Assembly (NCBI GenBank): GCA_046483845.1
Contig: JAWOCK010000113.1
Span: forward strand, 25,494 to 89,493
DNA from: Thermoplasmatota archaeon
Lineage (GTDB): Archaea; Thermoplasmatota; Penumbrarchaeia; Penumbrarchaeales; Penumbrarchaeaceae
DNA: 64,000 bases
Reading direction: 5' to 3'
Shown: piece after piece, positions 46,376 to 57,791 of the stretch
How positions within the stretch are numbered: the first letter of the stretch is position 1
Layout of the letters: every line of letters starts with the position of its first letter
Notes under the pieces: model-generated
What the model was told of the DNA's origin: nothing
Databases searched by the model: none
The model's input: the letters and a program-made list of their open reading frames with translations, nothing else
Translations under genes and position numbers: made by a program

Positions 46376-49123
46376 TCATTCCTCGGTTCCATCGTCCTCA
46401 TCCCAGTTCACCTTGACATTGGGTGACAGATCGTTCCCGGATGAGGCGGTTTCCCGGTCCGACTCCGGCGGTGTCATGAAGGATTCCAACTTGGGAGCAC
46501 CATAGACCTTCTCGAAATCACCGGAGTTCTTTTCCTTTTCATCATCCCTCTCGAAGAGTCCTCTTCCATCCCTGTTCATGCTCTCCACATATTGGAGGAA
46601 CTCCTCTTCTTCCTTCTTCTTCTCCTTTATCTGTCTCTTCATCAGAACCATGGCCAGTGCCATCACGACCAAGAAGGCGATTATCAACCCCACAACCACC
46701 CCGATGACAGTGGTGGTGCCCAGGTCCGAAAAGGGCGTGCTTCCGCTTCCGGAAGTGGTGTTCCTGGTGCTGATATCACCTATCACCAGTGCACCGGAAC
46801 CGGCCGTGTCGCTCATTATATAACGTTCCACAAGTCCTTTGCTCTCGCTGTAGGGGACAATATGCTCGGTTACCGCGAACAGGGTGAAGTCGTCACCGTC
46901 CATGGGAAGGGGTAGCCCGGCCGATTTCAATTCCTGGAGCGGAACCACCCAAATGAGCGTATGCTTGTTGTGGATAACGCCGCTACTTCCATTGTGAATG
47001 GAGGGGTCTCCGACATACTGTCTGAAAACATATGGCTCTTCGGCCGGAGCCCTGGATGATATGTTGTCCCAGCCAGAGACGTTCTTGAGATCCACGAAGG
47101 GCTCCTCATAACCGGAGGGAAGAACATAAATGTAGTAATGGAAGCTCCCGTCTATCTGGACGGAATCCCTCACCCTGAGGCTTATATGGAGATCGTTACC
47201 CCTCCTCTCGCTCTTCAGGGAGACTATGTCCACACCCGGCTCCTTGACCTTGGATACCTTGAACTTGCGCTCTCCGTCGGGATCGGACTGTCTCCATTCC
47301 TCCTTGAACCTGACCACATCACCTGAGACATCATCGAAGAACATCTCAACGTTGTCCTTGGCGATATCCTCGGGCTTTTCCAGATATATCTTGATCGATG
47401 TGCTCTTTTCCAGAAGGCCGTCGGATATGGTCAGTTCCACCGTCCTGTTACCGTAAATACCCTCTCCGTAGATATGTGAGGATATCTCACCCTCGTCCGT
47501 CTTGTCGTCTCCCCAATCCCAGTAAAAGAACAGCTCATCACCGTCAACGTCCGGGCCCGATACGGCCTTCAGTACAATTTCCTGTCCGGGAAGGATGCTG
47601 GATATGTTGCCCTCCACAACGATTATCTCGGGATCGGGTGGAGGATCGTTCACGGGTTGGATATCCAGATTGATATCCACTACCACCGTATCCCTACCGT
47701 CGGTCATGGAAAGAGAGAACCAAAAATTACCAACATCACTCTGGACCGCGTCAATGGTAACGGTCCCGTTGGAGGGATCAACAGATAGGAAGTCATAGGT
47801 CTCGTTGGAGGAGAAATGAATGTTCTCAAGGGGATCATCATCATCGAAGTATGTTATCTCGTACGATTTGGGGATATCCTCCAGGGCGAACATGTTGAAA
47901 ATGCCCCCATCGTAATCAGCATCCCCGATCCTTGTAATATACGGGATATCGTTCACGGAGTGGACCAGTATCTCCACCGAATCCGTGACATTCCCGTCTC
48001 TGTCGCTGCACATGAAGGTGAGTACCTCGGATCCATGCCAGTTTTTTTCCGGGATAACCTCCACCTCCACATAGACCAGATCATCCATGAGCTGCCGATC
48101 GATGACGGTATAGTTGAACTGGACCTCCAGGTGCTCCGGCTCGTTGACCAACTTGAACTCAACCGGATCGCTGTTGGGTTCCCGGAAATGCTGGGAGAGG
48201 TTGATCGGGGGGTACAGCGGGGTGTCCTCATTTGTCTCCATCAGGTCCCATTCGTCCTGGGGATCTATCTCGGGTCTTGTAAGGTATGACCATATCACCA
48301 TCTCCACGTAATATGTCTTCTTGGTGTTGGGCCTATCATCGTTGGAGAGCAGCAGGTATGCCCTGAGGATGATCTTCAGTTCATCCGCCTCTCCGTTCTC
48401 CACCACGAACCGATCATCGGATCCCAGCTTCTCCAAGGGGGTCATGTTATCGTCTAGGACCTGAAGATGGAACGGGAGCCCCTCCAGGAAGCTCATACTT
48501 ACCTCCATGGCCCTGTAACCGGGGATCGTGATATGCCAATAATCGACGAGGTCACCCCTGGGATCGAGTGAATCAGCTATGTTCACCGAACTGGTGATCC
48601 CCGTTCCGGGAGGAACGTTGTTCCTGTCGTGAAGGTCACTGTTATCGACACCGGTCTCTCCGCCGAGATATATGCCGTAAGAGCAGCTTTGCCCCAGGGT
48701 AAGGGCAAACACTTCGATGAAGAAACCTCCATCCCTGGGCACGATGAATTCGATCTCATCGAGCATTCCATCGGAGGTGACGGCCCCGAGCTCAAGCCTG
48801 TTCGGTTCGTAGACCACTGCCTTTACAGCCGATCCATTGTTCTTCTGAAGACCTATTCTAATTAACTGGGTGTTCCTCTGGTCGTTCTCATTATCGCCTT
48901 CAAGGCCCATGAGGACGTAGAAATCATGTGTATCGGTAGGGTCCAGCGAACCTTCCCATGGCTCAACCCTTACATGGATCTCATCGGCTGTCTCGAAGGA
49001 GTCGTTATCAAAGGAATCCCTGCTCGGCTCCGAGGAAGAGAACCGGACCGTGAAAGTGGTCATGATGAGAAGGGCGGTTATCGCAATGATGACACGTTTG
49101 GAATTCGGCCGAGATCCGATCAT
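46376..49123 (-). CDS. Cell-surface protein with PPC-like, cadherin/Ig-like and PKD domains and a C-terminal TM anchor
   Basis: Signal peptide; DTHDFY and DLVDYW; VNDIP and VNDPP; PKD motif WDWGDD; TM followed by KRQIKEKKK. Confidence 0.8.
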   Translation of the reverse strand: MIGSRPNSKRVIIAITALLIMTTFTVRFSSSEPSRDSFDNDSFETADEIHVRVEPWEGSLDPTDTHDFYVLMGLEGDNENDQRNTQLIRIGLQKNNGSAVKAVVYEPNRLELGAVTSDGMLDEIEFIVPRDGGFFIEVFALTLGQSCSYGIYLGGETGVDNSDLHDRNNVPPGTGITSSVNIADSLDPRGDLVDYWHITIPGYRAMEVSMSFLEGLPFHLQVLDDNMTPLEKLGSDDRFVVENGEADELKIILRAYLLLSNDDRPNTKKTYYVEMVIWSYLTRPEIDPQDEWDLMETNEDTPLYPPINLSQHFREPNSDPVEFKLVNEPEHLEVQFNYTVIDRQLMDDLVYVEVEVIPEKNWHGSEVLTFMCSDRDGNVTDSVEILVHSVNDIPYITRIGDADYDGGIFNMFALEDIPKSYEITYFDDDDPLENIHFSSNETYDFLSVDPSNGTVTIDAVQSDVGNFWFSLSMTDGRDTVVVDINLDIQPVNDPPPDPEIIVVEGNISSILPGQEIVLKAVSGPDVDGDELFFYWDWGDDKTDEGEISSHIYGEGIYGNRTVELTISDGLLEKSTSIKIYLEKPEDIAKDNVEMFFDDVSGDVVRFKEEWRQSDPDGERKFKVSKVKEPGVDIVSLKSERRGNDLHISLRVRDSVQIDGSFHYYIYVLPSGYEEPFVDLKNVSGWDNISSRAPAEEPYVFRQYVGDPSIHNGSSGVIHNKHTLIWVVPLQELKSAGLPLPMDGDDFTLFAVTEHIVPYSESKGLVERYIMSDTAGSGALVIGDISTRNTTSGSGSTPFSDLGTTTVIGVVVGLIIAFLVVMALAMVLMKRQIKEKKKEEEEFLQYVESMNRDGRGLFERDDEKEKNSGDFEKVYGAPKLESFMTPPESDRETASSGNDLSPNVKVNWDEDDGTEE

Positions 49124-49172
49124 GGTATCGCCCAGCTATGGTAATCCCTGCACTGGTATTAAAAGTATGATG

Positions 49173-49209
49173 AAAAAAAGATTAAAGGGCACCTTCAAAG
49201 AAGGTGCCC
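49173..49209 (-). terminator. Hairpin plus U-tract terminator
   Basis: GGGCACCTTC-3nt-GAAGGTGCCC followed on the minus strand by TTTAATCTTTTTTT. Confidence 0.75.
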
Positions 49210-49232
49210 GTTTGGTTCCTCAATGACCCGTT

Positions 49233-51347
49233 TCACTGTTGCTGCTCTTCGGGTGGCTTAGGTGGTGCGGGTGCCTCGGGCTGTGCGGGAGGCTGAGGAG
49301 GTGCCTGTCCCTCCGGTTGAGGAGGTGCGGGTGCCTCGGGCTGTGCGGGAGGCTGCTGAGGCACTTGTCCTTCCGGCTGGGGCTGCTCCATTCCGGGCTG
49401 CTCCATACCTTCCATGCCTTCGGGAGGCTGCTCGGGGGCAGGCTGCTCCATTCCGGGCTGCTCCATACCCTCCATTATGGGTTGCTCCTCCATGCCTTCC
49501 TATCCTTCCAGTCCACCCTCCTCGGGCAGACCGGTGTCGAGCTGCTCCTCTTCATCTCCCTTCTTTCCCTTCATCACTATGACAACAATGATTATTATCA
49601 CAGCAAGAAGGACCAGAACTATGATTATCACGATGAGTATCGGGAAACCGTCGCCATCATCATCGTCATCATCATCGTCATCGTCGACAGCAGGTTCGTT
49701 TATGGTTATGGTTATCGAGTCCGATGCGGTCTCGCCCATCTCGTCGGTTATAAGGACGGAGAACTCGTATTCACCGGCAGCAAGAGTCCCGGCGGTCACT
49801 GTGACGGTCTCTCCGGTGACGTTCCACTCACTATCAGCAAGTGTCCAGAGTATCTCGGCCACGTTATCCTCTGCATCGGTGTAGTTCACCATCATGGTAA
49901 GGTCATCCGTGGTCAGTATCGTGGTGCTATCAACCTCTATATCGGAGATAACAGGTACGGTGTTGGAAAATGTGACGTTCACCCAGAAGTAGAGCTCCTC
50001 GGACGTTGCCCCGTCATCATCCTCGACCAGGACGGACACGTTGTAAACCCCCGCATCGGACCAGTTGTAGAGGAAATAGTCCATATTCCAACCGGTCACG
50101 GATATGCCGTCGATGTACCACATGACGGTAAGGTTCTCCATCTCATCATCTATGTCATCATAGGTGACGGATACATTGATGTCTTCGCCTGTCTCAATGT
50201 CGAGCTGCTCACCCAGACCGACACCTGCGAGTTCCATGGTGGGTGCATCGTTGACGGCCTCAAAGGTCATGTAGAGCCAGACCATATCATGATTGAGCTC
50301 ATCGCTTACGGTCATTGTGGCCCAGAAAGCACCGTTCACATCCGGGTCGGGAATTACCGTGAAGTTCTCGGGTATGGTCTCGTTGGTCTCGTTCAGCTGG
50401 TTCTCATATGAGTACGGATCGAGCAGATCGTCCATTGCGAACTCGTAGGTGAGATTCACCATTTCGGTATCCACATCCATGGCGTTGACCATGAACATCA
50501 TTTCCATGTCCTCTTCACCCGTGAGATTGATGACCTCTCTCCATTCGCTCATATTCCCTTCTATCTCATCTACCCAGGTGTAGTTCCACATCTCAGCGAT
50601 CAGTGGAGCGTCATTGTAGGTGATCGACTCGATGACAGGTGGATCGTCCACCTCATCCACGGTAACCATGATCATCTGCTCGATCATCTCCCCATAGGAA
50701 TGAGTGGCGGTGAGCTGGAACTCCTGGTCGCCGGACCATTCCGCAGGAGGAGTGATGTTCCAGACAGTGGCGTTCACCGGATCCGGCTCGATGGTCCATC
50801 CCTCGGACTCGAGCTCGGTCTCATTGGTTATTTCCACCGTCATGCCCTCCGGACTGAAATTGTCCCTGAGGTCCAACATGGTCGTTTCGTCCTCAAGCAG
50901 CATGACCGCTCCGGTTCCGCTGTAGGAGGGCATCTCGTGGACTGTAAGTGTTCCTTCAAGATACCTCTCGTCGCTGTCGGTATCGTTCACGACAGTGACG
51001 TTCCATACGTGTTCGCCCGAGGGTACATCTATCATCGTATAATGATAGAAGTCATAGGTTTCATTGTACATCATGTCCTCGGGTGTTCCCTCATTTATTA
51101 TTATCTGCACGGTATAATCCGCAGAACCGTTCAGAGCACTCCATCCCGTGAGGTTGAAATAGACCTCGTCACCCTCATAGGTTTCCACATCATCTTCAGT
51201 TCCGTAATTGTCCGTTACTGTAACTGTCAGTTCAGCGGGAAGATGATCGTCTGCACCTACGAACATCAAACCGCTAAAAGCCACAGTCGCTAGCACCATG
51301 GCAATAGTTAGAGCCATGGCTCTTTTTCCCATCATATTCATTATCAT
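49233..51347 (-). CDS. Acidic cell-surface Ig-like protein with TM anchor and Pro/Gln/Glu-rich tail, interrupted by an in-frame TAG at 49500-49502
   Basis: ORFs 49500-51347 and 49233-49493 share a frame: ...GGLEG*EGMEEQP...; signal peptide, VDDPP/VNDAP motifs, poly-Asp, TM. Confidence 0.78.
49264..49469. repeat. Duplicated ~30-bp blocks at 60-bp period encoding QPPAQPEAPAP and GMEQPGMEQP
   Basis: GGTGCGGGTGCCTCGGGCTGTGCGGGAGGCTG twice; GGCTGCTCCATTCCGGGCTGCTCCATACC twice. Confidence 0.85.
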
Positions 51348-51835
51348 TCACCACCTATTTTCGTTCCTTAATTCACTTCTGTTTTTGTCCAGAGTGAACT
51401 AGTCCCCTTTAAGCTCACCCTAACGGTGAAAAATATTTAACACTTATATAATGGTTACTGGTGATTTTATACTTATTGTCGAAGGTCAAAGAAGATATCA
51501 TCCCTCTCCGGTGTATTTCCATGGTGTTCGCGGTTTTTCTTATTGGACGTATTTTTTCCCATATATCCAGCTGTTTGGAATGGTCACATAGTATATCATA
51601 TTCACAGAGACCACACTTTTCAAGGAGCTGCCTTGATGCATGGAGGGGCATCTACCAAGGGTCGGGTCCGTCCTTCGAACATCGTGATGGGATATGGAAT
51701 GAACGGATATATATAGGAGTATTCATTTTGCCGATTGACCGATGGTTCCAATTACTGGTCCGGACAAAGTGTGAACAATTAATAGGTAACTGGAACATCT
51801 GTCACTAAAAGAGGAGCTCTTCAGGGGTGCACCAG

Positions 51836-53185
51836 ATGACAGATGAGATGCTCAGGAAAAGGACCAAGTTCGCAGCTGATATCGACGAAGAGGATTACAA
51901 TACCGAACTGACCCTCTGTGGATGGGTACAGTACACCAGGAATCTCGGCAAGATGGCGTTCGTGCATCTCAGGGACAGATCGGGGATCGCCCAGATAACC
52001 GCACTATCCAAGACCATGGATAAGGAACTCTTCGATCTCATAGTCTCGGTTCCCAGGGAATCCGCGATCGCTGTAAGGGGGATAATCAAACAATCCCCGC
52101 AGGCCAAGGCCGGTTGGGAGATAATACCATACAAGGTGGAGGTCCTGGGCGAGGCAAAGACACCTCTTCCGCTGGGGGTGGTGGACAAGGTAAATGCGGA
52201 ACTGGACACCAGGCTGGATAACAGGTTCATGGACCTCAGGAAGCCGGAGAACCAGGCCATATTCAAGATACGCTCCACCATACTCGCTGCCGCCAGGGAG
52301 GTTTTCCTTGAAGAGGACTTCATCGAGATACATACCCCGAAGATCGTTGCAACAGCCACCGAGGGCGGGACCGCACTCTTCGAGATGCGCTACTTTGAAA
52401 AGAAAGCGTATCTGAACCAATCACCCCAGCTGTTCAAACAGACAATGATGGCCACAGGGCTCGACAGGGTGTTCGAGATCGGACCGGCATTCAGGGCTGA
52501 AGAGCACGATACCAGGAGACATCTCAACGAGTATACGTCCATCGATATGGAAATGGCCTTTGCAGACCTGGATGACAGCCTGGACATACTTGAAACGCTC
52601 GTCCAGAGGGTCTATTCAAATGTACTCAACAACAATTTCATTGACCTGGAGACATTGAATCAGACCATCGTAGCCCCGGAAAGACCGTTCCCTAGACTGA
52701 AATACAGCTGCGTGATAGATAAGCTCCAGAAGGCGGGTCTGGAGATATTGGACGAGAAGAATGGCAATCGAAGGGTCATAGAATGGGGAGACGACATTCC
52801 ACTTGAGGGTTTCAGGGAGATCGCAAAGGACAGGCCTTCCCTATATTTCGTCACGGAATGGCCCATGAAGCTCAAACCTTTTTACATACATCCACACCCG
52901 GACGACCCCGAGGTCTCACTCAGTTTCGACCTGAACTGCGGGGAGAAGGAACTGGTCTCCGGAGGACAGAGGGTCCACGAACCGGAGGTCCTCAAAGAGC
53001 TCTTGAAAAAGAAAGGGCTCGATCCGGCAAAGTTCGGTTTCTATACCATGGCCTTCGATTATGGTATGCCGCCCCATGCTGGATGGGGGCTCGGTGCTGA
53101 CAGATTGACGATGATCATCACCGGAGCATTGAACGTCCGGGAGACCGTTCTGTTCCCGAGGGACAGACACAGGCTCGTTCCGTGA
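51836..53185 (+). CDS. aspS: Aspartate--tRNA ligase (archaeal type)
   Basis: [60 protein letters not shown]. Confidence 0.96.
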   Translation: MTDEMLRKRTKFAADIDEEDYNTELTLCGWVQYTRNLGKMAFVHLRDRSGIAQITALSKTMDKELFDLIVSVPRESAIAVRGIIKQSPQAKAGWEIIPYKVEVLGEAKTPLPLGVVDKVNAELDTRLDNRFMDLRKPENQAIFKIRSTILAAAREVFLEEDFIEIHTPKIVATATEGGTALFEMRYFEKKAYLNQSPQLFKQTMMATGLDRVFEIGPAFRAEEHDTRRHLNEYTSIDMEMAFADLDDSLDILETLVQRVYSNVLNNNFIDLETLNQTIVAPERPFPRLKYSCVIDKLQKAGLEILDEKNGNRRVIEWGDDIPLEGFREIAKDRPSLYFVTEWPMKLKPFYIHPHPDDPEVSLSFDLNCGEKELVSGGQRVHEPEVLKELLKKKGLDPAKFGFYTMAFDYGMPPHAGWGLGADRLTMIITGALNVRETVLFPRDRHRLVP

Positions 53186-53344
53186 TATTACAGGATCTTG
53201 CAGCCCGGCCGTACATCTTCAACACCGGCACCTCGCCTCCCAATTGATCGATCCTTATTTTGAACGAACAGGTCTGAACAGAATGACAGAAGCATTTCAG
53301 ACCATTCTTGTACCTTGTGCTATATGTCATTTACATAAATGTAC

Positions 53345-53374
53345 AAAAAAAAAGGGGAACCAGTAAGGCTCCCC
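53345..53374 (-). terminator. Hairpin plus U9 terminator
   Basis: Minus strand GGGGAGCC-ttact-GGTTCCCC-TTTTTTTTT, 25 nt after the stop at 53400. Confidence 0.8.
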
Positions 53375-53399
53375 ACATATCTGGATCCCCATATGTTCT

Positions 53400-56300
53400 T
53401 CAGGAGATCTTCTTTCCGCCCTTGAGCAGAAGTGCAACTCCCACCAGCACCACTATGGCAAGGAGGATGATGAGCATGGTGGAGACTATCGGATAGTCGT
53501 TCACCAGCTCCTTCACAACGAAGGAACCCTCCACATCAACAGTGGTCTTCACGTAGTTGTTGTCACCTTCTCCGCCCCGGGTGAACTGGTCGTGGCTCTC
53601 TATGATGGTGTTCTCCGGATCTATCTCGACCCTCACCTCGTGCTCTCCCGCCTCTGCGACCCATGAGAATATCACGGTCTTTACATCGTCCGTGTCATTC
53701 TTGATAGAGCGCAGGGTGGAGACCTTCTTCTCGACGCCATCGATCAGTAGCTGGACATCCACGTTCTCTGCAGGTATGTCACCGGAGTTCGTTACTTTCA
53801 CCATGATGGTGAGCACATCACCGACCATCGCATCGGCACTGTCGGAAGTGCCTCCGGAGAACTCGATACCTCCGACGAACTCGAGATCGGGTGTCAGGAC
53901 GGTAAGTATGATCCTTGCCACATCATAGTCAGCAGGACCGATACCCTTGCCCGCCACCTCAATGGTGCTCTGACTGCTCTGGCCCGAGTCGAATGCAGGG
54001 GCCTTGAGGGTCAGATGGACCCATGCGGTCTGCCCCTTGTCCAGAACAAGGTCGAGTTCCCTTATCTCGGAGAGATCGATGCCCGACTCCGCAGCTGCGG
54101 TATAGTTCGGAGTATAATACACATCCGACCGCAGATTGGAGATCACGATGGGTTCCCTGAAGTCGTAAGGCCTTACGTTGGTGGTAAAGTCCGGGGTATT
54201 GGCCACAGCAACGAACTTACCTTCCCATCCATCATATAGGACATCCATTGCATCATTGGTATGGTCGTACCTCGCGCCGAGCTTGAGACTTATGGTCTCC
54301 AGACCGTTGCCGAGGTTGGACACTTTTATGACGAATGGGATTTCCTGATCGGGACGTATGTCCGCTGTCATGTTGTTATCGCCGTCTATGGTCTTGACCC
54401 TGAGGTCAAAGGTCTGGTTCACATTTACCCTTACATAGACAATGCTGGAGGATCCCTGGCCGGTGAGGTTCACTCCTACCACATAGGGTCCTGTCCTCGT
54501 CCCTTCGGGCACCTTGATGCGTCCCTGCAGGAAGATGTTCTCATCGTAGTCAATGGGAACCTCATACTTCTGGAAACCTTCCCTGTTGTAGAAGGTGAGG
54601 TTCCAGTCAAGGAGTATCTCATAGGCCGAAGGAATTATGAGGTCCTCCCCATTCCCGAGATTCTTTATCTGCATGGTGAACCAGACAGACTTGCCCGGAT
54701 CGACGCTTACCCGTTTATCAATAGCAACCGCATCGAAATCATGCACATGGTTCACTATGACGGTGCATGGCGCCGTAGCCCGGATGTTGGTAGCACCCTC
54801 TATCTTCCCCACCACGTTCAGGACCAGTTTGCTGTTGGCCCGTGCGTAACCGGGTGCCTTCACCCTGAGGGGTACGGATTTGGTCTGGCCCTGATAAACC
54901 GGTATCGGCTCCTCCGGATACTTGACATTCCATCCCGAGGTCTTCCCCTCTACATTGAGCAGGACATTTATGACATCCTTGTTGCCCAGGTTGGAGATGA
55001 GTAGATAGAACTCAACAGTGCCGTTGGGGTCCACGTATCTGGTGGACTCCTCTATCTTGAGCTGTAACTCGTGTTGCTCGCCAACTACCATTATGATTTC
55101 GTCCCTCTTCGTTATCTCCTCGATCTCCGAGGATCTGGATAGTTCAGACGTACCTTTCAACAGGATCGGGATCTGGGTGTCCTTGCTTGCCCCTATGGGA
55201 CACTCGACCTTTACTGTCAAGGTCTGACCGGTCACTCCTCCGAACTGGTCCGCCAGCGTTGGTGCTGTCAGAGAAACCGTAGCGTTCAACGTTCCCGTTT
55301 CTATGAAGTACCAGTTCCACCCGGCATCCCTTGGAGGTGTGCTCAGCGTCATCAGGTAGCTATCGTTGAGATTGCCCTTGTTGTTTATGGACATGGTGTA
55401 CAGTCCCTCACCTCCCGGATTGATCTTGTCCCATTTCTTGTCCTTGTAGTCCGAGAGTGGATCCGTATCCACCTGCTTCAGATAGAACAGATCGAAATCC
55501 ACGTTAAGGTCCAGGACCGTTAAGAGCGTAATGGTGTCCTCCGCAAACTCATCCCGCGATGAGTTCACCGTGACATTGATACGCGCCATCTCTCCGATGT
55601 CACCTTCCCAAGGCGCCTCGACATACAGGGTCAGGTCCGCGGTCTCCTCTGAGGCCAGTTTGACGAAGTCCGGGTCGGGATTTCCCTTGTATTCGGGGGT
55701 ATCCAGCCATGCCTTCCAGTCCTCGGGGACCGAATCCTGCTGGATCTTTACGTAGATCTTGTCCCTGTTCAGGACGGAGATGCCCTTACCAGTGTTCTCC
55801 ACTGTAAGATTGTAGGTTTCCTGCTGACCGGGCTGGACATACTTCACAACGGAATCTGATTGTCCGTGCTCGTCCACTGTAGGATAGATGTCCACACCGT
55901 ATGAGGTCTGAGGGTTGTAGAAACCAGTCCTGTTGAGATCGTTATGGAACTCGGGCCAGTCTGTCTGCCCCTTGACGCACCTGCCGCCAGCGGAGATGCA
56001 GTATACATGCCCTTCCTGGTCGCCGACGACCACCTCAAGGGAGCCGTCAAGGTCGATATCCCCGACCACCGGAGAAGAGATGCCTATGGGGTTTCCCGTA
56101 TCGTAGACCCAGAGGACATCCTGATTGGGTCCGTCCCCGGGATAAGATATACCTTCATCTATGCCGTCGGACGGATCCCCGTCGAAACAGAATATCTTGC
56201 CCGAATCGGACCCGATGATGATCTCCAGTTCATCATCATTATCTATGTTACATATTGCAGGTGACGACATACATCTCCCACCGGTATCGAATGACCACAT

Positions 56301-57632
56301 GAGATTGTGGAATTCCGTGTTGAGCACGTACATCTTTCCGTTGTCAGATCCGAAGACCACCTCGTAATCCAGGTGCTTTTCCTCCGGATCGTCCTTTGCC
56401 ACTTGCAGGTCGGCTATGGCCGGTGAGCTGAATATGGATGCCCTGGAGCTTCCGGTCGAGTACTCCCAGAGCTTCTTACCGCCCGGAGTATATACATAAA
56501 GCTTGCCTCCCCAACCGGTCCAGGTCCTCGGATATCCCTCGGAGGACCCTACGAATATCTCCTCCTCGGGTGAGCCGGTAACGTTTGCCACGGCAGTGGT
56601 CGCATAGGTCTGGTGGCCTGCAAGCATTCCGCTGGTGGTCTCATCATAGTTGGGCTTACCCTCGGAGTTCTCACCACGCCTGACCCATATCCTGAGTCCC
56701 CTGTCGTGGTTCCCGATTATGAGCTCGGTATCCCTCTCCTTGGAGGGATCCGGGTTGATCAATTCGGGACCATCGTAGAAGTCCCCATCCAGGTCGTGGG
56801 CGACAACGGAGCAGCCGATGAGCCCGCCCTCGCCTCCGGTGGGTACCTCTTCCCTGAAGATGGCCCCTCCATCGACCTCGAAGGCCTCGAGCCATCCCCT
56901 TCTCCCTTCATCGTCGGAAGCGAGAACGATCTCAAGGTCCTCCTTGTAACCTGTCCACTCACCCTCGAGATCGGTGATACAGGGCGTTGAGAAGTAATAT
57001 CCTGTGGTAAGTCCCTTTTTCCACTGTTTCTCACCGTCCGCACCGATACATAGGGCTCCGTCCTTGACCCCGATTATGATCTCGGGCGTGTCCCCCAGGT
57101 TCACGTCCGCGGCTATCACGGATGACATTATATGGGGAGGATCGAAATCCAGCCCGGATGTTCCGGACGTCTGGCCGAGATAATCGATCACATCATCGGA
57201 ATAGGGGTTCTGCCAGAAGTAGCTCCCATCCGGACCAAGGGCATAGACATAATCGCCTGCTGAAGCTATGACGACCTCCAGGTCACCATCATTGTTCAGG
57301 TCCACGATGGCAGGGGATGAGAGATACTCCCCCTCTGCCTCAAAAAGGGTGGTCTGCCATTCAAGCTGGCCTCCGCCCGACCTGGTTATGTAGTCGTCCC
57401 TCTGCGGCATACCCTGCTCATCTACGGGAGCCACCTCGGTCAGTTGACCGAACAGTTCCCTCTTATCGTTGAGCCATGTATCGAATTTCAGCTGGTCGAT
57501 ATCCAGATCGTCCACGTATCTGTATAATACATAACCCCCCATGCCCACAGCGACCATCATGAACAGAACACCAATGGTCAAAAGGAGCATCCGGGGATGT
57601 TTATTTTCCTGATCCATATGCTTTTCCTCCAT
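53400..57632 (-). CDS. Large surface protein: FG-GAP/PQQ-like beta-propeller, tandem NEW3-like Ig domains, CARDB, TM anchor
   Basis: Repeated SSPAI.DL..DG..E.V.GS; WPEFHND..RTG; V.N.GN..D repeats; VEIDPENTIIES; hydrophobic segments at both ends. Confidence 0.85.
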   Translation of the reverse strand: MEEKHMDQENKHPRMLLLTIGVLFMMVAVGMGGYVLYRYVDDLDIDQLKFDTWLNDKRELFGQLTEVAPVDEQGMPQRDDYITRSGGGQLEWQTTLFEAEGEYLSSPAIVDLNNDGDLEVVIASAGDYVYALGPDGSYFWQNPYSDDVIDYLGQTSGTSGLDFDPPHIMSSVIAADVNLGDTPEIIIGVKDGALCIGADGEKQWKKGLTTGYYFSTPCITDLEGEWTGYKEDLEIVLASDDEGRRGWLEAFEVDGGAIFREEVPTGGEGGLIGCSVVAHDLDGDFYDGPELINPDPSKERDTELIIGNHDRGLRIWVRRGENSEGKPNYDETTSGMLAGHQTYATTAVANVTGSPEEEIFVGSSEGYPRTWTGWGGKLYVYTPGGKKLWEYSTGSSRASIFSSPAIADLQVAKDDPEEKHLDYEVVFGSDNGKMYVLNTEFHNLMWSFDTGGRCMSSPAICNIDNDDELEIIIGSDSGKIFCFDGDPSDGIDEGISYPGDGPNQDVLWVYDTGNPIGISSPVVGDIDLDGSLEVVVGDQEGHVYCISAGGRCVKGQTDWPEFHNDLNRTGFYNPQTSYGVDIYPTVDEHGQSDSVVKYVQPGQQETYNLTVENTGKGISVLNRDKIYVKIQQDSVPEDWKAWLDTPEYKGNPDPDFVKLASEETADLTLYVEAPWEGDIGEMARINVTVNSSRDEFAEDTITLLTVLDLNVDFDLFYLKQVDTDPLSDYKDKKWDKINPGGEGLYTMSINNKGNLNDSYLMTLSTPPRDAGWNWYFIETGTLNATVSLTAPTLADQFGGVTGQTLTVKVECPIGASKDTQIPILLKGTSELSRSSEIEEITKRDEIIMVVGEQHELQLKIEESTRYVDPNGTVEFYLLISNLGNKDVINVLLNVEGKTSGWNVKYPEEPIPVYQGQTKSVPLRVKAPGYARANSKLVLNVVGKIEGATNIRATAPCTVIVNHVHDFDAVAIDKRVSVDPGKSVWFTMQIKNLGNGEDLIIPSAYEILLDWNLTFYNREGFQKYEVPIDYDENIFLQGRIKVPEGTRTGPYVVGVNLTGQGSSSIVYVRVNVNQTFDLRVKTIDGDNNMTADIRPDQEIPFVIKVSNLGNGLETISLKLGARYDHTNDAMDVLYDGWEGKFVAVANTPDFTTNVRPYDFREPIVISNLRSDVYYTPNYTAAAESGIDLSEIRELDLVLDKGQTAWVHLTLKAPAFDSGQSSQSTIEVAGKGIGPADYDVARIILTVLTPDLEFVGGIEFSGGTSDSADAMVGDVLTIMVKVTNSGDIPAENVDVQLLIDGVEKKVSTLRSIKNDTDDVKTVIFSWVAEAGEHEVRVEIDPENTIIESHDQFTRGGEGDNNYVKTTVDVEGSFVVKELVNDYPIVSTMLIILLAIVVLVGVALLLKGGKKIS

Positions 57633-57791
57633 TCGGAAATGTCAGTTTAACGTCTCCTACAGCTTTTCATCCGGGGTAATCATATATGTAGATTACTGTA
57701 CATCCATTGGAACGAAAAGTGTACCATGACTATACTTGGAAGGATGTAAAGCGGGCCGATTATAAAAGATTGACTGGTGATCCCATGATAT

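Noticed and set aside
51348-51830. ncRNA or small gene in the ~480-nt divergent intergenic region
   Set aside because: No recognisable RNA motif or stable long stem seen by eye, and the ORFs there lack coding character
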